Assembly (NCBI GenBank): GCA_004764695.1
Contig: SMSO01000032.1
Location: 7,162,483 to 7,226,482 of the forward strand
From: Schizochytrium sp. TIO01
Taxonomy: Eukaryota > Protista > Bigyra: Labyrinthulomycetes
Direction of reading: 5' to 3'
Length of the DNA: 64,000 bases
Shown here piece after piece: positions 33,288-44,960 of this stretch; positions within the stretch are counted from its first letter, which is position 1, and each line of letters starts with the position of its first letter. Under the pieces are notes generated by a model, which ran no database searches, had not been told where the DNA came from, and saw nothing but the letters and a program-made list of their open reading frames with translations. Position numbers and translations under genes: made by a program.

Positions 33288-35621
33288 TCAGTAGTTAGCT
33301 GAGAATCCTGCATCCTTAAGTGAAATGTAGGCCTCAGACGTCTTGATACAACTCATTGTCTCCTGCTGTGCATATAGTGAGCTTGATTTAGGCGAACTGT
33401 CAGCATCGTCCTCGGCAACGTAGAGGTTGTTTGACTCGTAAGGGTCATCTGCAAGGTTGTATAATTCCATTTCTTTTGCGTCGGTGGTGTAAAGCATTTT
33501 CCAGTCCCGAATGTGCAATGCCCACGAGCAGTATGTATCTGGATTCTTTTTGATAGCCCTCCAGTTTTCAGTTTGCTGATCGCAATATTCAAAATACAGG
33601 TAGCGATGCAAAGTCTGTCCATCATCGTCACCAGCAATTGAAGGAACAAGACTCACCGAATCTAATGGGCGCTTTAAACCAACAGAGCCACCAACTTCTA
33701 AATCAATGGGGCTTAAGCCTGCAACATCGCCAAACGTAGTGAAAAGGTCCACAGAAGACATAGGCGTATCCGATACCACACCGGATGTTACACCCTTCCA
33801 GTACATGATCGCAGGCATGAGGAGTGAGCCTTCGTAAATCATGCGCTTCAAACCTCGTCTACCATTTGTGGAGTTAAATGTGTCCACACTATGCAGGACT
33901 TTGAAACCATTTCGTACATTGACAACCAAATTCTGATCTGCTTCAACACGTTCAGGGCCATTATCACCAACAAAGATCAGCAGGGTATTAGTGAGCTGAT
34001 CATATTGGTCAATCAGATCCATCAGGCGCCCAATGTCTCGATCAATATAATTTTCCATAATGCTTTTATGAGCACACTCTTGATCATCGACTCCCCGCTC
34101 AGAGTTCTCATTATTTGGAGCCCTAACTAGGTTGTTCTTACAGTTAGCATCACTGTATGGAGCTACCTTTCTTTGTTTGTCATTTGGGTTTGAGCTCCAC
34201 GAACAAACGTGAGGAATAGTTAAAGAAAGGTACACAAAAAAGGGTGTTGTCAGGTCACCAGTTTCGCTTGTGTACGTTGCAACATGATCCTTAACATAAT
34301 CAATTGCAGCATTTGTGAAAACATCTTGAACAAAATCACACTTGGTATCACTCGGATCATAGAAAGGGGCATCAAGTCCAGAACAATAGTCTTCAGAGGC
34401 ATCTTGATTTCGAGGAAGCAAATCTGAGCTCCCATATTTTTCTGCATTGTTCTTGCCGTCCACGCTGTTGTTGTAGATACTTACCGGGAAACATGCATGC
34501 GCATCCAAATGTGTGAGCTGACCGTAGAACCAGTCAAACCCTTTCTGAATGGGGTGCGATTGTTGCCCGTATTCTCCCAGACCCCATTTGCCCACAAGTG
34601 CAGTTTTATAGCCAGCGCTCTGCAGCATGGATGCCATAGTTACATCGTCATCTGCTAAGGGGATATCATCATAAATGCCAGAATTGCCGCGGACACGGGA
34701 ATGACCTGCATGGCGACCAACAAGCATAGAATACCGACTAGGTAAACAAACTGAGTTTGGAGAGTATGCGCGAGTGAAAACCACACCCTTGTTAGCCATT
34801 CTTTGCATATTTGGCGTGGAGAGCGTGTTAAGTTTTTTGGCATTTTGGTTGATTTGCGAGACTCCAGTATCACCAACGCCAATATCATCAGCAAGTACTA
34901 AAATTATATTTGGACGCTTGCCGTGGAGTTGATGACTGGTATCAATGCCTAGATTCTGAGCAGCCGGAAGCTCGGCGCCGCGAATAGCAATAGAAATCAA
35001 ATCGCTGGATGTTTTCCATATTTCTGCAGACATTGGAGATGTGATCAGGTCGTTGGAAAGGTCAATACCCCAGATAGCAGAAGCCTCCCGGCTTGTGGTG
35101 AGTCCACAAGTATCCTCTTCTGTAGTTTCTTGGTCCGAGCATTCCAACTGCCACGACCAGTACTTGCGAAGATTCTCGACTTGTTTCCACTTGGGCCCGT
35201 CTAGAATGGAACAAGAATACAACTGACACACAAGTTGCGACTCCCCTTTGATTCTGTACACCTCCACATGAGAACAGCTGGTGTCCTCTTCACAAGCTGC
35301 AAAACAAGCACTTGACTTCTTAGCAAGGACTTCGCTGCCAATTGCGCATGAAGTTCGCACACGAAGGCCCTGATTCCTCCATGTATGGCACTTGCTCGTG
35401 CAGCTTGAAACTTTGGTGGTAGTACATTCTGAGCTAACAAGCAATCGATCTAAGAATGACTTCGTAGTTTGTGAACTACTAATGCGCACTGCTTCGCTTG
35501 GTGACAAGTTCGAACCAACGACTAGTGCCATGATCATCATGAAGACACCCCAGATAAAGAGCATTCGTCTTGGCTGAATGCCACGAAGCTGGTGGAGATT
35601 CGCCAAGCCTGTCGAACTCAT
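33288..35621 (-). CDS. Arylsulfatase (family S1) with N-terminal signal/anchor and Cys-rich PAN/apple-like region
   Basis: RPNIILVLADDIG, formylglycine motif CLPSR, GYKTALVGKWGLG, PH, GDNG, YEG and ELYNLADDPYE. Hydrophobic segment LFIWGVFMMIMALVVG. Confidence 0.92.
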   Translation of the reverse strand: MSSTGLANLHQLRGIQPRRMLFIWGVFMMIMALVVGSNLSPSEAVRISSSQTTKSFLDRLLVSSECTTTKVSSCTSKCHTWRNQGLRVRTSCAIGSEVLAKKSSACFAACEEDTSCSHVEVYRIKGESQLVCQLYSCSILDGPKWKQVENLRKYWSWQLECSDQETTEEDTCGLTTSREASAIWGIDLSNDLITSPMSAEIWKTSSDLISIAIRGAELPAAQNLGIDTSHQLHGKRPNIILVLADDIGVGDTGVSQINQNAKKLNTLSTPNMQRMANKGVVFTRAYSPNSVCLPSRYSMLVGRHAGHSRVRGNSGIYDDIPLADDDVTMASMLQSAGYKTALVGKWGLGEYGQQSHPIQKGFDWFYGQLTHLDAHACFPVSIYNNSVDGKNNAEKYGSSDLLPRNQDASEDYCSGLDAPFYDPSDTKCDFVQDVFTNAAIDYVKDHVATYTSETGDLTTPFFVYLSLTIPHVCSWSSNPNDKQRKVAPYSDANCKNNLVRAPNNENSERGVDDQECAHKSIMENYIDRDIGRLMDLIDQYDQLTNTLLIFVGDNGPERVEADQNLVVNVRNGFKVLHSVDTFNSTNGRRGLKRMIYEGSLLMPAIMYWKGVTSGVVSDTPMSSVDLFTTFGDVAGLSPIDLEVGGSVGLKRPLDSVSLVPSIAGDDDGQTLHRYLYFEYCDQQTENWRAIKKNPDTYCSWALHIRDWKMLYTTDAKEMELYNLADDPYESNNLYVAEDDADSSPKSSSLYAQQETMSCIKTSEAYISLKDAGFSANY

Positions 35622-37976
35622 TGTGTTTGAGGTTTTAATGAAGAACGCAAGTGGCTACTTCAGATCAAAGTGCTGCCAATGGCAGCGAGAGAATTCGTCT
35701 TTCACGCAAATCTGAGTCGTTTTGAACTTTCCCTGAGTTTATTATAAAGAAAAGATTAATCTCTCATTCACCGAATTCTATAAATGCTCAAGGTCTGTGA
35801 TCAAGAAGTCGGCACTTCTCAGTACCCTTGATGCCACGTTGCAATCGTTCGTGTCCTGTCTTGATGTTTGGGTTGTCAATGAAACTGTAATTAAACCCTA
35901 GATCCGTGCAGCTGGGGTAACTGAATAAACTGGAGAAGGCAAGCACGGGCACGGTCAGCTTGCAGGGCAACTCAAGACCAACAAAACTTTACGTTTCTTG
36001 TAAAGCGGATGAGTTAGACCAGCAGCGAGGCCCAATCAACAAGCCAAGTGCCCTACCCCTCCCACCGCTCAAGCGTAGCTCGCTAACGTACGAGCTCGCT
36101 CCTTGCCTTTCTGCTCTTCCACGGAGTCAGAAAAGGGTCTTGCTTCTTAGTTTTCTCTTCCTGGGCCATGCAAAGACAACCCAGCGTGATCATCTACTTG
36201 AGTTTAGCAAGAAGCGTGTCTGGTAACCTGAATACGGGGATAGGCGTAAAAGCTAAGTGCACATAGTAATGAATATGTAGCCAATCACGGAAAGCACTTT
36301 TTCAGTACCCTGAAGTGACTTCTTTCACCATCGTTTAGTCATCCTCTCAAATGCTAAAAGACTTTCTGGGACCGCCTCCTTCAGTAACTTGCTATACGAG
36401 GAAGTCTCCCTCTAGGCGTCATTGTGCAGCTGCTTTGCGGTCTTCTACGTGTACTCGACCCCGCGCGCCAAGCTTTCCTTCATGTTTTGCAGCTTGTTCC
36501 AGATTCTAACCAGAATGAGCGACGAGACTGCCAATATGGAGCCTCGGTCAAGTTCTTGGCTGTTTTCGGCTGTCGTACTTCATCCTTCATGCATTTGCCA
36601 TAGCCGCGCCAGGTACATGCAGCTGAATACACATGTACGATGTGTGCTCGAGCGGCCTCAAGCTCTTCGAGGCAGACTTGCAATCAAACGCCGACCGACG
36701 TCAGTCTTCAAACCACGCGAGCGAAGAGCTGACTTCATTATCGCAGAAATGCTTGCTTGGCGTTTGCTTCTTATCAGACACTAAAAGAGGGACACAAGCA
36801 AAAAAGAGTGCCAGAGTAGCACCAGTTAGTCATCTACGTAGCACCTAGATTGGTAAAAGCAACTGCAGGCTCCAGCGGTTGCAGCACGAACTAGGATGAT
36901 GCACCCACAGTACCAAGATCTCCTCAGATACTGCCTTCAGAGTAGTAGAGTCTACCCCCCAGAATGTCCTGTGGGGTTATCATTGCTCTCATATGTACAT
37001 GCAAAATCGTCAAATGCCGTCAACTCGTGGGTTGGATATGTTTGAATAAGGAAAGAAGAAGAAAGTTAATGGAAGGCCTGTAATATCAATACTTCGACAT
37101 TATCCTCAGCGCCGTGTGCTCAGGCACAGATCTCCATTTTCGTTGGCGCTGCAAGAGTTGGGTTGAAACAGAAAAGGTAAACGAAGTAGACCAGAAGGCT
37201 AGAAAAACTAAAGTCTGAATACCGTACTAAGCTGGCAAAAACACCATATTTGTGATGTTGCAGGTTTGACACAGGAAAGAACATTAGAAGTTAAGTGCAT
37301 CTCCACATTACCCCTTGTTCAACTTCAACAACTCCTTACGATTTATTAGTCTGAATTAGAGCTAAAGACAAAACAAATACTCGTTTCACTTAATTCTTAT
37401 TGTTTTTTGTTTTGTGTAGGTACGCCTCATCTTGTAAAAATACTAGCTATGGCAGGAGTTGGCATCCGAGGAAGCATGGCGGTCTATTTTCTTTTTGTTG
37501 CTGCAGGTCTGCATTGTTTTTGGGTTATAAAATCAGAAAGAAAAAATAAAATCGAAGAAGGGTGCTGTGAATGTTGCTGCTGGTATTGTACGTTATCAGA
37601 ACGCCCTCAGAAACCAATAGTACTACACATTATCGGTCGTTTTTGGAGATACGATGTTGTATCTTATTTAATCACGATTATATCAACTATTGCCTTTCAC
37701 ACAGCAATTTAATAAATAGTTTTCAGGTGTTGTTAGATTGAGCGCTAATTGATTGTGGCATGGATATTCGTTCTCGAATAGGACCATCTTTTATTTTTTT
37801 AATTAATTTCAGATCTACGTCCCAGCATAATCGTCAATTGCACAGTCAAGATACGAGTTTAAACGAGAGCTTGGATAGTTGGAACTAGAATGCGGCAATG
37901 TAAATTTTTAAAAAGAAAAGAAAAAAAGCGATACTTCGGCGGTAGCATGACACAATTTAACTTTTTTTTTAAATCT

Positions 37977-40700
37977 TCAGAAAAATACGTTGAAGCGGGA
38001 TGCAGTACTTGACGATTTAAATCTAGACGATGACGGCTTCCCGGTAAATCCACTTAGCTCATCCATATCATACGATGTAGAGTTTCTCTTTTTCCGTTGG
38101 TTTCGTCGCGAAGATGCAACTGAGCCAGCGCGGTTCGATCGGGAACCATAAGAATAGCTTGGGCCTTTTTTTCGATCGTCGCTAGCATCGCTGTCTTCTT
38201 CATTCCCGCTGTCATTGCTATCGTCTTCATCTTCGTCTTCGTCCTCATCACTGCCCTCTTCGTCCTCATCTTTAGATGAAGATCCTAGTTGGCCTTTAGC
38301 TTGTGCAAGCTGGACTTCTTTTGGCTTTTCCCATACACTCTTACCCGTGAGCCGATTGTAATAAAATTCAGTCCCATCTTCATCATGGCAGATCTCCCAA
38401 TCTCCAACGAGGGCTTTCACATTCTCTACAGTTTCTTGCGATTCTTCTTCATGAGCAAGTTCTAATAAGTCAGTTGGGACGGTGTAAAAGTAACGCAGCT
38501 TTTTAATAACTACCCTGCCATCAGACGAACATTTGCAGCGAACTCTTGTCATGCCTTGGACAAACTCAAGAAGCGTCACTTCCATGAATGCGCCGTTGCT
38601 GCGAATCATTTGTAGCTTCACTCCTGCTTGAAAAGCAGTCAAGTCATCCAAATCTGTGAGGCAAACATATCCACTCTGACGAAGTGCATCCGCTGCCACC
38701 TCTACAGCTTCGGTCGTTGTCTCCATCCCCTGTCCTGGTTGCATTTGTGATGAAGTTGAGTCCATTTGAACTATACTTTGTTCATATCCATATGAAGTAG
38801 AAGCATAGTTTTCTTCTGTAGAAGGTGGAAGAGCCTCGTCTTGTGCAAAGTTAGCCGTGTTTTCTGACCAATCTGGTGGAAAAAACACACCGCTGCCCGT
38901 AGTACCCGCTGGTATTGGTGCATATGGAGAATCAATATAGTATTGATCCTCGTAATCTTGACCTGAGCCGACATCCAGCGAATATCTGTTTGATTTTGCG
39001 TCATCTAGTTCATAATTTTGTAATCCAGCTCCAGTATTTGCATCAAGCGAGGTGGCCAAATAATCATCATTGTTGCTTACGTATTGATTGTACTGGGTCC
39101 TCTCCCCACCTGAAGCAAAACCGTGTTGGATATTATCCTCCGGAAACACATAAAGTGACCCCAAGGAACCTCTCTCATTGTTTGGATTTTGGGATTGAGG
39201 GCTTTTTCCTCCATCACTCCAAAAGTCCTCCCACTCGCTACGATAGTTTTTAGTATTAGGAACGACTTTGTGTCGAACTTGGTGTCCACGAAACGCTTTC
39301 TGTAAGGACACTGCAGCTTTTTCTGTCAAATGTTTTTCCATTGCAATTTGCAACTCATTTCGAACCGCAGTTGGAATTGAACTAAATTGTGGACCTGACA
39401 ATAGTGCAAGCATGTCTTGAATGTCATGGACACTGGTCGTTTGAGTAGGCTTGACATTGGGATATCGTACATGCTGAGGAAGTCCTTGTGCTCTCCGAAG
39501 GACATTCACATAATTTGAAGCCAAACTCCCACGCCATGCTGTCTGAATTGTAATCGCAGCGGCTTCTCGATATGCCACGCGAGAGAATTGCAATTCATTG
39601 GAGCGAATCATCCGATAGAAATCGCGAAGACGAATTTTGAAAAGACGTCCAATAGAGATTTGCTGGCGGGCTGCTTCCTTCAAAATCGATTTTCGAGCTT
39701 CTTGCACCTGCAAGAGTTCTTCTTCGAGCTCTCGCTTCCGTTTTTCCAGTAGAACTGCTTGGTCACTTAATTCTTGCTCCAAACTATCAAGTTCTTTCCT
39801 TCGAGCAAGCTCCAGGGGCAACGATCCTGTTTGTGTATGTAGCATTTTATTCAACGAGCTTCGAGCTCCTCGATTTGCCAGGATGACATTAATTTCATTC
39901 ACCTGGCTGGAAAACCGGTCCTGGCCTAAAGGATATTGACGGGCCTGTCGAGATGAATTATGATGATCAGTCTTAGCAGAGCGCTCCGATACTGCTGATC
40001 TGGGTCTTATTATCATATCTGGTTGTGAGTGCCGCCGTGTCCTATGCTCGCGCGAATGTGCAGATGTTGGCTCATTCTGATTTTCATTCCTCACTTTATT
40101 TGGATAGTCCGAAAAAAATGCATCTGGAAGGGTATTGAGCAAAGTCTTGGTAGGCTCTTCTCCCTCGCTAAATAAACTTTCGCATTCATCAATCTGATCA
40201 TTTATTGAAACCTCACCAGGGGATCTTCCATTCTGATAGGGCTCACCTGAAGATCTAGCCCACAAAGCAGCCACAAAGTCGCGTTTCTTACGTTCCTTTT
40301 CGGTAATATGTGGTTTTCGAGCCTGAGGGTCACTTTGTGCTGATTGTGGCCTTACTGTAGCATTGACTGCAGGGAGTTGCTGAGGTCTTCTTCGCCCGGG
40401 AAGGTTTTGTCTCTGATGGATTGGTTGCTGATCATGATTTGTGGTGAGAGTAATTGAAGATTTGCGGACCCTACTAGCAGATGCTCGGCGCTGGTTGCCC
40501 TTGTCGCGATGAACGCTTTCGGGAGATGATCGATTTGCTGATTTTGCTTGACGTGCGGCTTTTGGTTCTATTGCATGTTTTTTTCCCTGAATCTCTTGCC
40601 TTTGGTGCGTTTGTTGAAGAAGTTCTTGATGGTGGCGAAGTTGTTGAATCTGCATGACCAAAGGAACATCTTCAGTTTGAGCACTTGGTCGACCACGCAT
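37977..40700 (-). CDS. IQ-motif and WW-domain protein with coiled coil and acidic tail
   Basis: IQ motifs AAITIQTAWRG and AAVSLQKAFRG. WW domain WEICHDEDGTEFYYNRLTGKSVWEKP. Confidence 0.8.
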   Translation of the reverse strand: MRGRPSAQTEDVPLVMQIQQLRHHQELLQQTHQRQEIQGKKHAIEPKAARQAKSANRSSPESVHRDKGNQRRASASRVRKSSITLTTNHDQQPIHQRQNLPGRRRPQQLPAVNATVRPQSAQSDPQARKPHITEKERKKRDFVAALWARSSGEPYQNGRSPGEVSINDQIDECESLFSEGEEPTKTLLNTLPDAFFSDYPNKVRNENQNEPTSAHSREHRTRRHSQPDMIIRPRSAVSERSAKTDHHNSSRQARQYPLGQDRFSSQVNEINVILANRGARSSLNKMLHTQTGSLPLELARRKELDSLEQELSDQAVLLEKRKRELEEELLQVQEARKSILKEAARQQISIGRLFKIRLRDFYRMIRSNELQFSRVAYREAAAITIQTAWRGSLASNYVNVLRRAQGLPQHVRYPNVKPTQTTSVHDIQDMLALLSGPQFSSIPTAVRNELQIAMEKHLTEKAAVSLQKAFRGHQVRHKVVPNTKNYRSEWEDFWSDGGKSPQSQNPNNERGSLGSLYVFPEDNIQHGFASGGERTQYNQYVSNNDDYLATSLDANTGAGLQNYELDDAKSNRYSLDVGSGQDYEDQYYIDSPYAPIPAGTTGSGVFFPPDWSENTANFAQDEALPPSTEENYASTSYGYEQSIVQMDSTSSQMQPGQGMETTTEAVEVAADALRQSGYVCLTDLDDLTAFQAGVKLQMIRSNGAFMEVTLLEFVQGMTRVRCKCSSDGRVVIKKLRYFYTVPTDLLELAHEEESQETVENVKALVGDWEICHDEDGTEFYYNRLTGKSVWEKPKEVQLAQAKGQLGSSSKDEDEEGSDEDEDEDEDDSNDSGNEEDSDASDDRKKGPSYSYGSRSNRAGSVASSRRNQRKKRNSTSYDMDELSGFTGKPSSSRFKSSSTASRFNVFF

Positions 40701-42607
40701 GGTGACGTGGGAGACAGGAAAGCGTTCCTTTATTCTGTGCAGCTAGACAAAGCGTTGCCGCTTTGTGTTTTTTCGCTGGGGAATATCGAATTTTCAATGG
40801 CGAAGCGCAAACCAAGATGCAAAGTAGCTTATATATGTACTGGAATGTATGAGTTACTTAGAAAATCCTCTCTTGGACGGCTCGCAAGCGAGGTATATCT
40901 AATCTTGAAGGTATAGCACCCAACAAAACCGCTTGTTTCTATCAGAGGAGAACCACGAGGAGGCCAGCCGCCGCGTCGCACCTTTTTGACGCGGCCCTAG
41001 ACTCCACTCCGAAAAGCCTTGGCAGGCTCGCCAGCCATACCAGCGCCGTTAGCACGCTCAGCGGTCTATCGTATCCGGTGTTGCACGGAGTCTCGTTCTT
41101 GTGTTGGTTTGTCACCCCTTTTTTGTTCTCAAATTCTTGCGTTACTGCTTCCTTAAACAAAAAAAAAAACACAATCGTGCAGTCTATTATTGTTATACTT
41201 CTAATTTTATTATTCTAGTTTTAAAACTTGCCACCTGGGTACCTATTTTTCCTCCTCTTACCGTGCAGGAGCCAAAACAAGGTGGCTTGACCAACGTCGT
41301 CAAATCAACTCCAAATTCCATTAACCGATGTCTGCGTTTATGGTTGCTGCTGATTGCTAGTCCACAATATATGTGACTCGCGAGTTCCCGCCCAGCTTCA
41401 ATATGCTACCACTGACAAAAGTAACACACGGAGCTCATTTTCTAAGCCTTCTCAGTCCAAAGACGTGTGTACCTGTTCCTTCTCCAAATGTAAAAGTTAC
41501 TACCTACCTGCTTGAATTTCGTTATGCTTCGTGACACCCTTTAGGCCTCTCCTGCTACCAATCTTGAGCTGCATGGAAGAGCGAAATCAATGCAATATTA
41601 CTGCCTGTGCTAATCTGGACTCGCTTATGATCCTTAGCCGCGAGGCTTCGTTATAAATTCAGCTTTATGTTTGCACTTACGCTATCGGTCGGTTCCTCAT
41701 CCACAAGGAGACCGCCACCGCAGAGGAGACAGAGCAAAAGGCTTATTACCGGATCTTCTAAAATAGACCACTTTCCTGGACCAGTGGAATTTGTGGAACT
41801 GAGCTCGAGAAACTCAGCACTTTTTCCACTACTTCGCAAGAATACTGCCTATTCCTTTGAAGTTTGACGCATTGCTTGCATAGGAATTGGTTATAATTGT
41901 CGATCTTCAACATAAAATTGCGGTAGCTAGCTTGATGTCTGGCCATCTTGGTCGAGTGGCGGTGACCAGCAATTTTTTAATTAAGACCGTCACAGGCATA
42001 GTAATCGTCTTTAAAAGGAAGTCCTGTTAGCACTGCCTATCAAATTCTAGTGCCGACGATGTGGTCCTCTTCATCTTGCAAGTTGAAGCACCCTCCGGTT
42101 CTTCGCACAACAAAGCTATAAAAGTAGGTTTCTTTGGGTTTTGCTTGAAGCAAGGGAAATGAGCTCCTGCAAAAGAGATTGAGCAGATATCGTCACAATA
42201 GTAACTAACACTGTCACTGGCGCTGGCGTTGACAATGATATTGACAAATGACAATGACAATATGATCGATCCAGTGATGAGGATTTTGCATAGGATTTCG
42301 CATACCGAATATTGGAGTTGGTAGTAGAAGAAGAAGAACTCTCTTTACCAGAGCACATGAGATGAATTCATGAACTTGAAATAATCGAATTCAACGAGCT
42401 TTACGCGTGCCACTTCACGATATCGATCGATCGTAAGAATATATATGCTAGGTAACCTACGAACAAAAGCACTTCAGGAATTGATGATGGAAAATGTTAT
42501 ATAACTTGAAAAGGAAAAGAAAGTTGTGCTTATACCAAATGGATTAAGAGTCCTACTAATTGAAAAAGAAAAGAAGAAATGAAAGGAAGAAGAAAATGAG
42601 TGATTGA

Positions 42608-44458
42608 ATGAATGAAAGCGCTTTGGGCTCCGACGGAGCTTGCTCTGCAAACTGCAACGCCGGGCGTGAGATGAGGGCCACTGCGTCGGTCTTCGTGCGC
42701 AGCCTGCTCCGAGGTGCCAACCCGGCCCCGGCACAGCCACTTCTTCGTTCAAGTGTTGTCTCGCGCTCCGTAATCTTGTCTTCTGCACCACCACCACCAC
42801 CACCAGCATCCTCCGGATCATCCTCTAGAGCGTCTTCATCTTCTACTAAAACGTCCCCAACGTGGGCGTATCCTCCAACTTCAACTTCTTCAACTGCAAT
42901 GCAGGCTGATTCCAGCGAAGGCAACTCGTCTTCCCCACAGCGAGGAGATGCAGGTGTCCAGGATGCAGGGGCAGCGCAAAAGCTAGGGCAAGACAAGGTT
43001 GATGCTCGTGGAGCACCAGAAAACTCTGGTGAATCTGATGAGGCAATTATGGCACGTGGTATTTCTGATAAAGATCTCAACGAGAACTTAGATGAGGGCA
43101 ACCCTGACAAGAAAGTTTTGGTGATTGTTGGCGCAACAGGCGTAGGAAAGTCAAAGTTGGGCGTAGAGCTTGCACTGAAGCTGGGCGGCGAGGTGGTGAA
43201 CACCGACGCGGTGCAGATGTACAGGGGCTTGGACATTTCGTCCGCAAAACTGACAAAAGAGGAAATGGAGGGCGTTCCACACCATGTGATCAATATCCTT
43301 GACCACAACCAGTATTGGACTGTCAAAGACTACCGCAATTATACTCTGCCGATTATTGAGGATATTATTGCACGTGGAAAACTCCCAATTCTTGTGGGAG
43401 GCACACTGTATTACCTGCAAAGCCTCTTGTGGCCGGCCTTGCTTGACGCAAGTAACAATGCTGATGACAACGGAGAGGAAGGGGACGAGGAAGTTAAGAT
43501 CCCTGATGGACTAACCCCACACCAATATCTGCAGCAGCTGGACCCGGAACGCGCAGACCACTTGCACCCACGCGACGAGCGGAAAGTATTGAGGAGCATT
43601 CACATCACCGTTACTTCTGGTCGGCCACACTCAGAAATCTTGAAAGAACTTAAAGAAAGCGGTATTCAAGACCAACTCCGATTCCGCACTTCGATTTTGT
43701 GGCTTCAATGCAAGAGGCACGTCCACAAGGACCGCATTGACAGGCGCGTTGAAGATATGCTCCAGCGTGGAGTTGTTGAGGAGGCCGTTCAATATATTGA
43801 AGAGCATAACTTGACAGACAAACTAATGGCGAATGACCCGTCACTCCAACATGGACAGTTTCAGGCGATCGGGTTCAAAGAGTTCCTCCCGTTTTTGCGT
43901 GCGTCGAAGAATCCAACAATGGATCCCATCAAGTTGAAGGAAATCAAACAGGAATGTATGAGTCTTCTTCAACTCCATCACATGCAATACAGCAAATACC
44001 AAACGAAATGGATCAACAAACGTCTTTTGCCACGAAATGCCCCGGTTTTTGGTCTTCCTACAGATCGCTACGAACAGGATCCAAGTAGCTGGAAAACGGA
44101 TGTATTAGATCCTTCATTGAAAATCTGCGAATGGCTCATGTCCTCGAAGTCACTAGCCAATACAGAACCTGAAGGTATCTCAAAGTTGAACAAGACTATT
44201 GACTCTCAACAACTTACAACCCACTACTGCAAGGCATGTCATGTTACAATCGTTGGAGATACGCCCTGGAAGAGCCACCTTGGGAGCCATCGCCATCGGA
44301 GGCGAACACGAGACCAAAATAAGCGAAAGAGTACCTGCAGTGAATTCGCGGAACTCGTCCAAGCGGAACTCCAGCGGGAACAGAACGGTGGGGAAGCACC
44401 CAAATCTCCTTCTTCTCCAAGTCGCAAGAAGACCCCTCAGACGAAGGATCAGGACTAA
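42608..44458 (+). CDS. TRIT1: tRNA dimethylallyltransferase (MOD5/TRIT1 type)
   Basis: P-loop GATGVGKS, DAVQMYRGLDISSAK, VPHH, VGGTLYY, QAIGFKEF, and a C-terminal zinc finger CKAC...WKSHLGSHRH. The start is uncertain (ATGs at 42608, 42671, 42899). Confidence 0.93.
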   Translation: MNESALGSDGACSANCNAGREMRATASVFVRSLLRGANPAPAQPLLRSSVVSRSVILSSAPPPPPPASSGSSSRASSSSTKTSPTWAYPPTSTSSTAMQADSSEGNSSSPQRGDAGVQDAGAAQKLGQDKVDARGAPENSGESDEAIMARGISDKDLNENLDEGNPDKKVLVIVGATGVGKSKLGVELALKLGGEVVNTDAVQMYRGLDISSAKLTKEEMEGVPHHVINILDHNQYWTVKDYRNYTLPIIEDIIARGKLPILVGGTLYYLQSLLWPALLDASNNADDNGEEGDEEVKIPDGLTPHQYLQQLDPERADHLHPRDERKVLRSIHITVTSGRPHSEILKELKESGIQDQLRFRTSILWLQCKRHVHKDRIDRRVEDMLQRGVVEEAVQYIEEHNLTDKLMANDPSLQHGQFQAIGFKEFLPFLRASKNPTMDPIKLKEIKQECMSLLQLHHMQYSKYQTKWINKRLLPRNAPVFGLPTDRYEQDPSSWKTDVLDPSLKICEWLMSSKSLANTEPEGISKLNKTIDSQQLTTHYCKACHVTIVGDTPWKSHLGSHRHRRRTRDQNKRKSTCSEFAELVQAELQREQNGGEAPKSPSSPSRKKTPQTKDQD

Positions 44459-44960
44459 TGTTAATGCTAATGAAGTAGGCACTGGACATTTGATGCACAA
44501 GCAATTCGCTTGATCGGTGGACGTAGTAAATGCTACTATTCTCCGATTGTGACCCAAATCACCTTGTGTACAAATCATGCACACAAACATACACATGTAA
44601 ATTCTGTTTGAAAAATTATCATCAGAAGAAAACGAAACGCGCAACGTAGCTTGCTAAACTTTTACCCTTGCCTCAGCGGCATTGCTCTTATGGCCTCTAG
44701 CGAGTTTGAGAATAACTATCAATAAAGACAATCAACATTTATTAAATTCCTAATAACAGTACTCATGGGGTGATGCAATCACAGTGAGTGATTTCTAGTT
44801 GAGATTTGCTTCTTGAAAAAAAAACACGAGTAAAACATAGACACATAACGAAAGGAGTAGGTGTTGAGAGGCACACCTTCAGAACCATAGTCTTAACATG
44901 AAAGAAAAGGAAGCCCTGACTTCCCATACTGGCAAGAGTCAAGCATGGGGACTCTCGTAC

